A DNA stretch of 64,000 nucleotides from a bacterium (GTDB lineage Bacteria; Hinthialibacterota; Hinthialibacteria; Hinthialibacterales; Hinthialibacteraceae), in the NCBI GenBank assembly GCA_963663405.2, contig CAXXSM010000153.1:1-64000 (forward strand), in the 5' to 3' direction. Positions 19,449-32,256 of the stretch are shown here, piece by piece (positions within the stretch are counted from its first letter, which is position 1; each line of letters starts with the position of its first letter). The notes under the pieces were generated by a model. That model had not been told where the DNA came from and did not search any database. It was given only the letters and a program-made list of their open reading frames with translations. A program made the translations under genes and the position numbers.

Positions 19449-20162
19449 CTACTCGATTACCATCTCATGTTGATTTCTAATAAAACAATTGGTTTTGTCT
19501 TGTATTAGCGTGACGCCAGCAGCACGTAGAAAAGCAATGAGTGACAAACCTAATCTTTCCGTTTTTTTCTTTCGTGTCGAAGGACCGACCATATAGATCT
19601 CCTGATCCGGTTTATGACTATTCCACTTTCGTCTTTTCTCACTCTCAACCGGATCGTCATGATCAAACCATAAGAAGACATGCCAGTCATTCATATCCCT
19701 ACCTGCCATGTCTGTGGCTTGTCCTGTATTCCACTCTATGGATTCGATCTTTTCAAGTGGAATACTTTGCTGGTAAAATCGATGACCAAACAATTTATAC
19801 CCAAAACGAATTTCTTTCCGTTGTCCATCTTGTACGGGAATCTCGGCAAAATATTGCCCAATCAGCTCTCCCAAGCGGTTGGCGATAAATATAAAAAGTC
19901 CTCCTTGTTCGATACACGCTTTCCATATTAAAAAAGTGGTTAAAGCAAGGCCAATGAATGATGGAATCAGAGCGATTCCATTTAAAATATTCTCAATGGC
20001 AAATTTGACAGTCGCGATAACAATACATGTAACGATGAAATAGAAGTTAGTTTCCCCATTTGACTTTGGAATCTTCATTTCTTGTTTTACTGCAGTTTCC
20101 GTTGTCATTTTCCTTCCTGAATCCATGTACAGTTCTATGTTATACATTTCTTTTTCGAGCAT
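19449..20162 (-). CDS. Hypothetical membrane protein
   Basis: Two TM helices followed by a soluble domain; low GC. Confidence 0.7.
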   Translation of the reverse strand: MLEKEMYNIELYMDSGRKMTTETAVKQEMKIPKSNGETNFYFIVTCIVIATVKFAIENILNGIALIPSFIGLALTTFLIWKACIEQGGLFIFIANRLGELIGQYFAEIPVQDGQRKEIRFGYKLFGHRFYQQSIPLEKIESIEWNTGQATDMAGRDMNDWHVFLWFDHDDPVESEKRRKWNSHKPDQEIYMVGPSTRKKKTERLGLSLIAFLRAAGVTLIQDKTNCFIRNQHEMVIE

Positions 20163-20272
20163 GGATGTTTACTGCTTAGATTTGTAGATACCATGTTGAA
20201 GGCTGGTTCCGAGTGAGAGGGAGGTATACTCTCTCTCACTCAGGAAAAAAAGAAAAAGAAAGGAACCAGCTA

Positions 20273-21343
20273 ATGAGAGTATACATCGGAATTGACGCGG
20301 GATGGGAGAGCATGCGGTACGAAGTGAGAAATGCGAAGCAAGAGAGAATCGAACGGGGCGGGATCGCGGCGACACCCGAGGCGTTGGAACACTTCTTAAA
20401 GAAGTACGAGCCAGTGAAGGAGGTCCAAGTGGCGTTCGAATCGGGGACGCAAATGTATTGGATGGATGCGGTCGTGAAGAAAATGGGAATGGACAGTTAT
20501 CCCTTTCATGCGGCGCACTTTTTCACCCTAGTGAAATCGAAGAACAAGACGGATAAAAAAGATGCGGAGCGGATCGCGGTGGAGGCGGCGAAACAGGGGC
20601 TGCCCGAACGGATCGTGATTCCAGAGGAGGATGAGAAACGATTGCGCGATCTCTTGAGCGAACGGGAGGCGTATAAGAAGACATTGACGGCGCAAGTCAA
20701 CCGCCTGCATGCGCTGACCGTCTCGGAAGGCCTGCTCATCAAGAAAGGCCGGTTGACGGTAGACGCCGCCAGTTGGGAGCGGGTGATCGGCCAACTGACG
20801 GGCGGCGCGAAAGCCGAAGCGAAACGGATGTACGCAATCGCTTTGAGCCTCATGCAGGCGCTCGAAGAACTCGAAGAGGCCATTCGTCACGAACTGGCGC
20901 AAGACGAATGGCGGCCCGCATTTGCCCGCTTAACGAGTGTGCCGGGAATCGGTTTTTGGAGCGCGGCGGTTCTTCTGGCCTGGTGTGGTCCCACGGCGGC
21001 GCGGTTTTCCTCGGGCCGGAAAGCGGCCTCTTATTTCGGTCTAGTCGGACTGACACGCCAAAGCGGGAAGCAAAACCGGTGGGGTCACATCACGAAAGCG
21101 GGTCCATCAATCCCCCGGCGGATTCTCGTCCAGGCGGCGCATGCGTTTTTACGACACCACCGGGCGAAAACGAGCCGCTGGGGCGTCTGGTACGACCAAT
21201 TGACTCAAGGCGGGAAGCGGAGGAAAAAGATCGCCATCATCGGATTGACCCGGAAACTCGTCACCGCGGCCGTCGCGTGTTTGCGGAACGAAACCCACTG
21301 GGACAGTACCCGCCTAGCCCTGGCCCCGGAGAGAACGTCGTAA
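20273..21343 (+). CDS. IS110-family DEDD/Ser recombinase (transposase)
   Basis: YIGID, AFESG and KTDKKDA (DEDD); SVPGIG, FSSGRKAASYFGL, RQSG (catalytic Ser) and GHITKAG. Confidence 0.95.
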   Translation: MRVYIGIDAGWESMRYEVRNAKQERIERGGIAATPEALEHFLKKYEPVKEVQVAFESGTQMYWMDAVVKKMGMDSYPFHAAHFFTLVKSKNKTDKKDAERIAVEAAKQGLPERIVIPEEDEKRLRDLLSEREAYKKTLTAQVNRLHALTVSEGLLIKKGRLTVDAASWERVIGQLTGGAKAEAKRMYAIALSLMQALEELEEAIRHELAQDEWRPAFARLTSVPGIGFWSAAVLLAWCGPTAARFSSGRKAASYFGLVGLTRQSGKQNRWGHITKAGPSIPRRILVQAAHAFLRHHRAKTSRWGVWYDQLTQGGKRRKKIAIIGLTRKLVTAAVACLRNETHWDSTRLALAPERTS

Positions 21344-21469
21344 AGGCGGAGGCGCGCCTCGGACTGAGCGCCCGTTTTTGAGAATCCAGACCAGAAGAAG
21401 AAAGAGAAAAAAAGAAGAAGGAAAAGGAGTTTTTCTCCAAGGCGAAAAAACGCCCCTACATTCAAAGCG

Positions 21470-21610
21470 GCCATGTTCGCAGTTCCCAAAACTCGTGCCC
21501 ACCCTTGTGATGCAAGGAATCCGTCCTCGTAGATTGAGTTGGGAACTCGCACCGATCTCTTGGCTCTGCGGTGAAGCAGAGAAACCGAATAAAAGGCTGA
21601 ACGAACCTCG
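21470..21610 (+). ncRNA. Putative bridge/seekRNA with target- and donor-binding loops (boundaries approximate)
   Basis: Stem agttccc/gggaact encloses GCCCACCCT (21497-21505) and TCGTAG (21527-21532), which match the REP target. ATAAAAG (21589-21595) matches the donor junction. Confidence 0.75.
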
Positions 21611-21980
21611 CAGCGAATGAGGGCGAACTCCGGCGGAGGAGAAAAGACGAACGAGCGAAAAAGCCACTGGGGAGGAATCCCGGCATGTGGATTCTGCCAT
21701 CTTGTGGACAAACCATGAAAGTGGATCCCATCCGGAAAGCCGGTCGAGGTTTGACCACAAGATTTGGACAGCCGCCTATGAGAGAGGATCCAAACAGAGG
21801 AAGCATCTCACAGGCGCCTGACCACAGACTCCACAAGCATAATGCGGATACGAATATGTAAATTGAAAATTAAAGACCTGCTGTGCTGACGCACAGTAAA
21901 AAAAAATAACGAAAAGTCGGTTGTCCTATTGACAGCCTTCAACATAAAAGGGTGGGCTAAAAGCAAAGCGCAGGACGCCA

Positions 21981-22135
21981 TTTTTGTCTGAATCAGGATG
22001 GACAAGATTAAAGGATAGCCAGGATTTTATCCCTTATTAATAGAGTTTGCGATCCGAAGATGAATACCACTTCGATGATTCTTATCCTGTTGATCCTGAT
22101 AATCCTGGATATCCTGATTCTGACAGAGAAAGACT
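21981..22135. repeat. Palindromic repeat family B, copy 2
   Basis: Direct repeat of 18761-18899. Confidence 0.85.
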
Positions 22136-22335
22136 GCATTTGACAGATAGGATTTCCATGTTTATTCTATTATCAGAAGCCTGTCATTTTTAATATGTTT
22201 GTATTTGGTGGGCTACGCTTCGCTTTTAGCCCACCCTACCTACTACCTACTTAGCCCACCCTACCCGGCTAAAATATTTTGGGTGCGTTTGGCCGCCAGC
22301 CTCTAATTGAAACATACAAAGAGCGCACCCCATTT

Positions 22336-22725
22336 TTAAATACCAGCCTCACGTAACTCTATAATAAAAGAATTAAGGCAATTAAAAAATTGTTCATATG
22401 CATCTGGATTTCTAATAGTATGAAGAGGGGTTCTTGGAAAACCATCACGACTTTGATGCAGTTCTCCAAGACAATTATGAAACCGTACTATTGCTTGTTG
22501 TATCAGTTCATTTTCCGAACTCAATAACCATCGTTCCTGAAGAAGAAAACATTCTTCGTTGTCTCCTTTTCCAATATGGAATATTGCCCTACCGTTTAAA
22601 TAGTAACCGTCTGCCCCTCCACCTTTAGAGAGAACTCTGTGTTCCATTTCGTGTTCAGATGCAAGGTCATGAAATCGTTGTCGAATTTCGTCAAACGAAA
22701 AAGAAGGATTAGGAATTGTATCCAT
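22336..22725 (-). CDS. Hypothetical protein
   Basis: 129 aa from MDTIPNP after AAAGGTGG; low GC; REP-flanked. Confidence 0.6.
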   Translation of the reverse strand: MDTIPNPSFSFDEIRQRFHDLASEHEMEHRVLSKGGGADGYYLNGRAIFHIGKGDNEECFLLQERWLLSSENELIQQAIVRFHNCLGELHQSRDGFPRTPLHTIRNPDAYEQFFNCLNSFIIELREAGI

Positions 22726-22958
22726 AATAATTTTTCCACCTTTTAGATTTGTAGGGCTAAGAGCAAAGCGTAGCCTACCATTTATTTTACATACATTTAC
22801 ATTTGACATAAAGGAACACCATGTATATTCTATAACCAAATACATGACATTTTTGATACTTTTGTACTCGGTGGGCTACGCTTCGCTCTTAGCCCACCCT
22901 ACTCTATAATGAAGACTATCACGATTTCTAGCGTAAGTCCTTTTAAAGGAAGAATAAC

Positions 22959-23213
22959 ATGAAAGCCGTTACCTATGCAGAGGCGAAAAAGAATTTGAAG
23001 GCGCTGATTCATCAGGTTTGCGAAGACTCGGAACCGGCTGTGATTGTCAGCAGCCAAACCCAAGAGCAAGCCGTGCTCATCTCGAAAGAAGATTATCAGG
23101 CCCTGGAGGAAACAGCCTATCTGCTCAGCGTTCCCGCGAACCGCGCGCACTTGGAACGATCGTTACAAGAAGCGGCTGAAGGCAAAGTCGTTGATTTTCC
23201 CTCCGATGAATGA
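22959..23213 (+). CDS. yefM: Phd/YefM antitoxin
   Basis: TYAEAKKNLKALI...AVLISKEDYQALEETAYLLSVPAN. Confidence 0.95.
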   Translation: MKAVTYAEAKKNLKALIHQVCEDSEPAVIVSSQTQEQAVLISKEDYQALEETAYLLSVPANRAHLERSLQEAAEGKVVDFPSDE

Positions 23214-23470
23214 TGAAGATTCAATTCACCGAAGGAGCCTGGAAAGATTTTGAATGGTTTCTGGATAATGACAAGCGTATTGTCAAGCGCATTCGGGAAC
23301 TCCTAAAAGATATCTGCCGCCATCCCGAAGAGGGTATCGGCAAACCTGAGCGGTTATCTTTCCAACTATCGGGATACTGGTCCCGCCGCATCACGAAAGA
23401 ACACCGGCTGATCTATAAAGCCGATAAAGACGTGGTGATCGTGATCAGTTGCCGCTTCCACTACGAATAG
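23210..23470 (+). CDS. yoeB: Txe/YoeB toxin
   Basis: GIGKPERL...SGYWSRRITKEHRLIY...SCRFHY. Confidence 0.95.
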   Translation: MMKIQFTEGAWKDFEWFLDNDKRIVKRIRELLKDICRHPEEGIGKPERLSFQLSGYWSRRITKEHRLIYKADKDVVIVISCRFHYE

Positions 23471-23736
23471 CCTTATTCATATCACTGAATAAAAAATTTT
23501 TCACAGATCACTCTCTTATATAGCGTCACGTATAACTTGGAGTGTTGGGCGTTAGTGGGGAATCGCGCTCCCTTGTATCTCCGGTTGAATCCTTTTTTAA
23601 TACGCTGGGATAGTCTATTTCGTGGATCTTCGTTTCTCCTTGGATTCGGGAAACCGTTCAGGTAGACTTATAGCAGGGAAATCGACTTATTCTTCGCTGG
23701 ATCAGCGAATATCCATATGGGAGGCGGTTATCGCGA

Positions 23737-24726
23737 ATGAATGAATTGCGCGCAAATGAATACCAGTCTGTGATCTCCATCAATCGAGATTTATTTTCTC
23801 GTGAGGACGCGAAAATATCCGTTTACGATCATGGTTTTCTCTATGGAGACGGTGTGTTTGAGGGAATCCGGATTTACGGGAACAACATATTCCGGTTGGA
23901 GCGTCATATCGACCGGTTGTACCGTTCGGCGAGTGTAATCGATTTGGATATCGGCTGGACCAAGCAGGAATTGATCGATGAGATTCGCCGGGTAATACGG
24001 GAATGGGCGGACCGGAACAGCGTCGATTTAAAAGCGAATAACAAACCGCTGTACAGCCGGGTTGTAATCAGCCGTGGCGAAGGCGATCTAGGACTCGATC
24101 CATTGAAATGCCCGAAACCGAACGTCATCGTCATCGTCGATACGATCACGCTGTATTCCGAAGCCTTATATGAGAACGGTCTCTCGCTGGCGACGACCAC
24201 GATCCGGCGGAATTCACCGGATTCGCTGCCGCCCCAGGTCAAATCGTTGAATTATTTGAATAACATTCTCGCGAAGATCGACGCGAATAATAATTTCAGT
24301 GGAGAAAACGATCGTACATCAGTCCCAGTGGAGACGGCGCCCCGCAAGCGGGCGGCGGAAGCGATTTTACTGAATCAGCAGGGTTTTGTCGCGGAAGCGA
24401 CGGCGGACAATATATTTATTGTCCTGAACGGGGAACTGATCACGCCCCCTGTGACAGACGGCGCGCTGCCCGGTATTACGCGGGGCACGGTGCTGGAACT
24501 GGCGCGGGAAAAGAAAATCTGTCCCTGCCGTGAGGGGCATATGACGATCGCGGACCTATTTAATGCGGAAGAATGCTTTCTCACAGGCACGGCGGCGCGC
24601 GTGATCGCCGTGACGAAGATCGACGGGCGGACCATCGGCGATGGGAAACCGGGAGCGATTACGCAAAAATTAAAACACGCCTACGAGAGTATAATCAAAA
24701 CCGATGGCGTGAAGGTATATGACTAA
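23737..24726 (+). CDS. ilvE: Branched-chain amino acid aminotransferase (class IV PLP enzyme)
   Basis: DHGFLYGDGVFEGIR, KSLNYLNNI and LPGITR. Confidence 0.9.
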   Translation: MNELRANEYQSVISINRDLFSREDAKISVYDHGFLYGDGVFEGIRIYGNNIFRLERHIDRLYRSASVIDLDIGWTKQELIDEIRRVIREWADRNSVDLKANNKPLYSRVVISRGEGDLGLDPLKCPKPNVIVIVDTITLYSEALYENGLSLATTTIRRNSPDSLPPQVKSLNYLNNILAKIDANNNFSGENDRTSVPVETAPRKRAAEAILLNQQGFVAEATADNIFIVLNGELITPPVTDGALPGITRGTVLELAREKKICPCREGHMTIADLFNAEECFLTGTAARVIAVTKIDGRTIGDGKPGAITQKLKHAYESIIKTDGVKVYD

Positions 24727-24762
24727 AAAAAGGAACGCGGATAGGCGCGGCGGGCAAGAACG

Positions 24763-25290
24763 ATGCTTTGTGACGTATGTAAAAAAAATCCTGCGAAGAT
24801 TCACGTAACTCAGGTGAAGGACAACAAGAAATATTCGATCCACATCTGCCAGGAATGCGCGCACGAAAAAGGCGTGGCGGGTCCGGCGATCAACACCTCT
24901 TTTTCAGTCGAACATCTTCTATCGGGATTGTTTCAATCGAAAGCCACTAGCGCCGGCACGCCAGTCTCACACGAGACGTGTCCATCCTGTGGACTATCGT
25001 ACAGCGCCTTTAAAGAGAGTGGGCGGCTGGGTTGTTCTCTCTGTTACGACACGTTCTCCGAACCGCTGAAACCGCTCCTGCAAAAAGTCCAGCGGGAGAT
25101 GAAACACATTGGGAAAACGCCGAACAAAGGAGACACGAAACTGACCATGCGGCGCGGGATCTCGGATCTGCGATTGCAATTGAAAGAAGCGGTGAACATC
25201 GAAAATTTTGAAGCGGCCGCCCGCCTGCGCGATCAGATTCGCACGTTGGAAAAAGAACTCGGTGAATCGGGTGAATCTCCGGCGGAATGA
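24763..25290 (+). CDS. mcsA: McsA, protein-arginine kinase activator
   Basis: Four CxxC motifs, GRLGC and a C-terminal UVR domain. Confidence 0.95.
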   Translation: MLCDVCKKNPAKIHVTQVKDNKKYSIHICQECAHEKGVAGPAINTSFSVEHLLSGLFQSKATSAGTPVSHETCPSCGLSYSAFKESGRLGCSLCYDTFSEPLKPLLQKVQREMKHIGKTPNKGDTKLTMRRGISDLRLQLKEAVNIENFEAAARLRDQIRTLEKELGESGESPAE

Positions 25291-25357
25291 CAACTGACCG
25301 CTACTCTACATACAGACAGCGTCCCGGAGAGGAAGCCGGCGCTCGTTCAAGAACGTT

Positions 25358-26419
25358 ATGAAACTACCGAAAGAATATATAACAACCTGCGGATGGCTGC
25401 AATCGGAAACTTCAGCCAATGACGTCGTGATCAGCAGCCGGATCCGTTTGGCCCGGAATATCGATGGGATTCCCTTTTCGCAATGGGCGTCATCGGGGGA
25501 TCTGAAACGTATTGCGGAACAATCCATCGAAGCGATTCAACACTCCCAGTCGTTAGGGAATTCCGACATTTTCAGTATTGAAGAATTGGATTCCATGGAC
25601 CGGCACTTTCTGGCGGAACAATATATAATAAGTCAAGAGTTGGCGAAAAGTGGAATCGAGCGGTATGTGGCGATCCGGCCGGATCAATCCGCCTCAGTGA
25701 TGATCAATGAAGAAGACCACCTCCGGATTCAAGTGTTGATCGCCGGTTCAAAACTTCAGCAGGCGTGGGAATTGATCAACGCCGCCGATGACGAGTTGGA
25801 GAATCACCTGACATTCGCTTTTTCCAACCGGCTGGGTTACTTGACCGCCTGTCCTACGAATGTTGGCACCGGAATCCGTTGTTCCGTGATGGCGCATCTT
25901 CCAGCGTTGGTCCTTTCGCGGCGGATCGAGAAAGTCTTGACCGCCGTTACGCAGATCGGTTTGACGGTGCGTGGATTTTCAGGCGAGGGAAGTGAAATCG
26001 CAGGGAATCTATTTCAGATATCGAACCAGTGGACGCTGGGGATTTCCGAAAACGAGACGATCCAGAAGATCAATAAAATATTGGACAATGTCATTGAGCA
26101 GGAGAAGAAGGCGCAGGAGCAATTGATGGAAAATAAGCGTATCTCGGTCGAGGACCGTGTCTGGCGGGCGTATTCCGCGCTGCGGTACGCCCGTGTGATG
26201 AGTTCCAATGAGGCGATCGAGTTTCTCTCCTCCATCCGGTTGGGCCGGAGTGTAGGGATCTTAGAGAAACCTTCCTTCGAAAGTTTAAATCAGATGATGA
26301 TCCAGATCCGTCCCGCACATTTGCAGAAACGCATCGGCAAATCTCTGGAACCCGTCGAGCGGGACGAGTACCGGGCGGAGCTGCTGCGGGATTGGATCGC
26401 GAACGGGAATTCTGTCTAA
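25358..26419 (+). CDS. mcsB: McsB protein arginine kinase
   Basis: SSRIRLARN, INEEDHLRIQ, GYLTACPTNVGTG and QISNQ. Confidence 0.95.
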   Translation: MKLPKEYITTCGWLQSETSANDVVISSRIRLARNIDGIPFSQWASSGDLKRIAEQSIEAIQHSQSLGNSDIFSIEELDSMDRHFLAEQYIISQELAKSGIERYVAIRPDQSASVMINEEDHLRIQVLIAGSKLQQAWELINAADDELENHLTFAFSNRLGYLTACPTNVGTGIRCSVMAHLPALVLSRRIEKVLTAVTQIGLTVRGFSGEGSEIAGNLFQISNQWTLGISENETIQKINKILDNVIEQEKKAQEQLMENKRISVEDRVWRAYSALRYARVMSSNEAIEFLSSIRLGRSVGILEKPSFESLNQMMIQIRPAHLQKRIGKSLEPVERDEYRAELLRDWIANGNSV

Positions 26420-26557
26420 CCCCCCACGCCACGTTGAGTATGGGTGAATTGAGATAAAAAAGAAAGAACATGGCGCCTAACCGGCGCCCATTTTTAACAA
26501 CACAGCCAAATACTGACATCGCGCCGCTGGTTCGGCGCGAAGAGCAGGAGCAATACA

Positions 26558-29010
<2,453 letters not shown>

Positions 29011-29014
<4 letters not shown>

Positions 29015-31422
29015 ACGTTCGATTCCTTTCATATCTAATTGGGATATTATGGATTCTCACGCAGGTTTCCACAGCGGCTCTCGCTCCGAAGATCATCAAT
29101 GAGGTGCGCGTGGATGGCTTGATCCACGTGCAGGAACAGGAGGTGTTGGAGGTTGTCGAATGTCAAATCGGGGATGATTTGACCTCACCCTCCACAATCT
29201 GGCAGATCCGTGATGACATGCGGGCGATCTGGGCGTTGGGTTATTTTAAGAACATTATTTCAAGAGATGAACGCTCCGGATCCGGTTGGGCGTTGGTTTT
29301 TGAAGTGGTTGAAAAACCGTTGGTTACCGAGCTCCGGTATGAAGGCGCTAAACGATATAAACGAAAGAAACTAAACCGGGAGATCGAATATACGGGGAGA
29401 GAGCGTCTTTTCTTCGATGAGGCGTTAGCCGACCTCTATCGGGATAAAATCCTCGGGTATTACACCAGCCAATCGTTTCCAAACACAAACATCACTTGGC
29501 GCGTCGAGGAACTCGCCGCGCCGGACACGGTGGCCATCGTGTATCAGATAGAAGAAGGAACACGGCTGCCGGTGAAGAAGATCGTGTTTGAAGGAAACAC
29601 GGCGGTCCGCGATAAAGAACTTCGAAAGAACATCGAAACCAAACAATCCTGGTGGTTTATCATCAAACGCCACTATGACGACGCTGTGGCGGAAGATGAT
29701 TTGAAAAAGATTCAATATGTATATTGGGATCATGGCTATTTAGACGCCCAAGCCTCTAAAGAAGAGGTGGAAGAATTTAAAAAAGGCTTAAAAGTCACCT
29801 TCCGGATCGAGGAAGGGGAACCATATACAATCGGAAAGATCATACTCCAGGGAAACACAGTCTTCTCGGATGAAGAACTGCTGTCTACGATTACCCAAAA
29901 ACCGGGCGATATTTTTTCGTTCCGGCAGATGACGCTTGATGAAATTGAGATGATCGACCTCTACCGGGGGCAGGGATTTTTGGACACCCGGATTCCGCCT
30001 GTTCAGGAGCAATGGGTGAAGGATGAAGTTAATCATATCGTTGATATCCATCTCCGCATTGCCGAATCACCACGAAAATATTTAGGGAAGATCTCTCTTG
30101 AGGGCGTCGTGACTCTGGATGACGGCTCCGTCATTCCAACGGAAGAAGGGGAGTTCAAGACCAAAGATTTTGTAATTCTCCGAGAGATAGAGTTGAAAGA
30201 AGGCGAGCCACTGGATTGGACGAAGGTCGTGGAGAGTGACCGGAATCTGGTGAATCTGAATTTCTTTAAAACCACGGGGATTCCGATCCCCGGGAGAACG
30301 AACTTGGTTCCTGGTTTTATCCGTCAACCTCAACAAGATCCTGGTTCCAATATTGAAAATCTACTTCTGCGTCTCGAAGAGATTCAAACCGGTATGTTTA
30401 CCTTCGGTGGCGGGATCAGCACGACCTATGGGCCTTCGGTGTTCGCCACGCTGACAGAGCGGAACATGTTCGGTTATGGTGTCCGAGGTTCCATCACGGG
30501 AGAATATGGCAGGTACCGGAACCGGGTTGCCCTCAGTTTTTTTGAGCCGCATCTCTTCAACTCCGATTACAGTTTAGATTGGGATATTTACTATATCGAT
30601 CAACAAGGATTCGGCCGGCGCCGGTTCGATGAAGAACGAATCGGAACGTCCGTCACATTCGGCAAAGAATTGAATGACGAACTAACCCTTCTTCTCGGTT
30701 TGAAAGGGGAAAATACAGACCTCAGCCCCGAGAGTGGAAGCCGGTACGACTTGGATCCAAACACCATTCCGGATGTGTTTAATCTCGGCAGCAATGTCAC
30801 GACAAGCATACTCTTCGGGGGTGTTTATGACACACGGGATTTCAAATTAAATCCCACAACAGGGATCTATAGCCGGACGACAGTGGAAGTGGCTGGTTTG
30901 ACGGATAACGAATTCGTCAAATTCCAGGCGGAAGGAAATCTGTATAAGGAAATCGTCAGAAAATTAGTGCTGGCGTTTTCAACGGAATTGGATTTGGCCG
31001 ACGCGTACGGGGATCCCGGCTACGTTCCATTGCAGGAACGGTTTTTCACGGGCGGCGCGCGGACTATACGTGGTTTCGAAGAAGGTGGTATCGGAGATCA
31101 AGCGCGTGTGTTCTATAAAGATCCCACATTAGGCGCGTTCCGAACATCACTCGGTGGGGAAGCGGCTTTTGTTGAAAATACGGAACTGCGATATTCTTTC
31201 ACAGAGATGTTCCAAGGTGTATTGTTCCTCGATATGGGCTCCAATTGGCCGGAAATCAGTGATATTGATCCATCGGAATTCCGATTCAGCACCGGCGCCG
31301 GCCTTCGTGTGCGCATCCCTGGATTAAACGCGGTCTTGAGCGTCGATTTCCCGGTTGTGCTCCGCAAAGAAAGCGGAGACGAAACGGAGTTTTTCCACTT
31401 CAGTTTCGGTCAATCCTTCTAG
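29011..31422 (+). CDS. bamA: Outer membrane protein assembly factor BamA (probable CTG start)
   Basis: POTRA domains, IRGF motif and terminal GQSF. A signal peptide is encoded in frame upstream of GTG 29104. Confidence 0.9.
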
Positions 31423-31698
31423 CGGATCGAAGCGCCTATTCCAAAGGGAGTGTTTTTTTTATAAACACGGCTAGAATAAACAGATTGTGGACACGTCATA
31501 AAAGCGTGTAAAAAAGAGAATTTCGAGGCAAAGAGGTACCATCATTAAACTTGCCCATGCCGGCGCATGATGGAGACAGGCTAGGGGGTTTGTCTTCCGG
31601 ATTTATTCCTGTATGGGCCGTAACATTCATTACAATATTATATTTCGATCAAAGCAAAAATGCTTCTATAAAGAGAGATGGATAAGGGAGGTATTTTC

Positions 31699-32226
31699 AT
31701 GCGGCCTTTTTTGAAACAGATTGCTGTAGCCGGTTTATTTCTTTTTTTGGCGGTTAGTGTTTGTTCCCCTGTGGGTTGGACACAAAGCGCGCCGATGAAA
31801 ATGGGATTTATCGACCTGGACGAAGTGTTCAGAACCTGTGAGATCTTCAAGCAGATTTTTGAAGAACTGGAACAGAGTTACCGCGCAAAAGTGAGCAAAC
31901 TTGAACAAAGAGAGAAGTCCATCCGGGAAGCAATCGAGAATTTTAACGTTCAAAAAGAGATTTTTAAACAAGACCGGATCAAGCAGCGTGAAGTGGAACT
32001 AAAAAACGAACAAGAGGAATTCCGGAAACAATTTCTCACCGAACAACAACGGTTTAGCGAGGAAAAAGACAAAAAACTTGAACCGGCTATTCAAGCGCTC
32101 CAAAAAGAAGTCGAAGCGCTGGCGAAAGCAGAAGGTTATGCGTTCATCTTCAAGCGGACACAACTCGTTTATGGGGATCCGCAGCATGATATCACCGCTA
32201 AAGTCATCGCTCGAATGAATAAATAA
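31699..32226 (+). CDS. skp: OmpH/Skp periplasmic chaperone
   Basis: Signal peptide, KMGFID, coiled coil and DITAKVI; lies between bamA and lpxD. Confidence 0.9.
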   Translation: MRPFLKQIAVAGLFLFLAVSVCSPVGWTQSAPMKMGFIDLDEVFRTCEIFKQIFEELEQSYRAKVSKLEQREKSIREAIENFNVQKEIFKQDRIKQREVELKNEQEEFRKQFLTEQQRFSEEKDKKLEPAIQALQKEVEALAKAEGYAFIFKRTQLVYGDPQHDITAKVIARMNK

Positions 32227-32256
32227 TTCCTTTTCTCCTGAAAGGTAGAGATCGCC

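Larger units (their letters stand above)
20186..21948 (+). mobile_element. Complete IS1111-group (IS110 family) element inserted in a REP
   Basis: Perfect 13-bp subterminal IRs atgttgaaggctg (20193-20205) and cagccttcaacat (21933-21945), 7 and 3 bp from the ends. AG core occurs at both junctions. The flanks rejoin to GTAG|GGTGGGCTAAAAGC. Confidence 0.9.
18704..22902. repeat. Cluster of GTAG-type REP sequences (gtagggtgggcta...tagcccacc)
   Basis: Copies at 18704-18740, 19418-19442, split copy 20184-20187 plus 21951-21970, 22207-22239, 22251-22264, 22751-22779 and 22870-22902. Confidence 0.85.

Noticed and set aside
21205-21836. ORFs of 80-168 aa downstream of the IS110 transposase
   Set aside because: They are low-complexity, overlap each other and have no recognisable motifs; the region is better explained as structured non-coding RNA.
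18704-22902. CRISPR array suggested by recurring 30-37 bp repeats
   Set aside because: Spacing is irregular, orientation is mixed, whole genes lie between copies and there are no cas genes; the repeats fit GTAG REPs.
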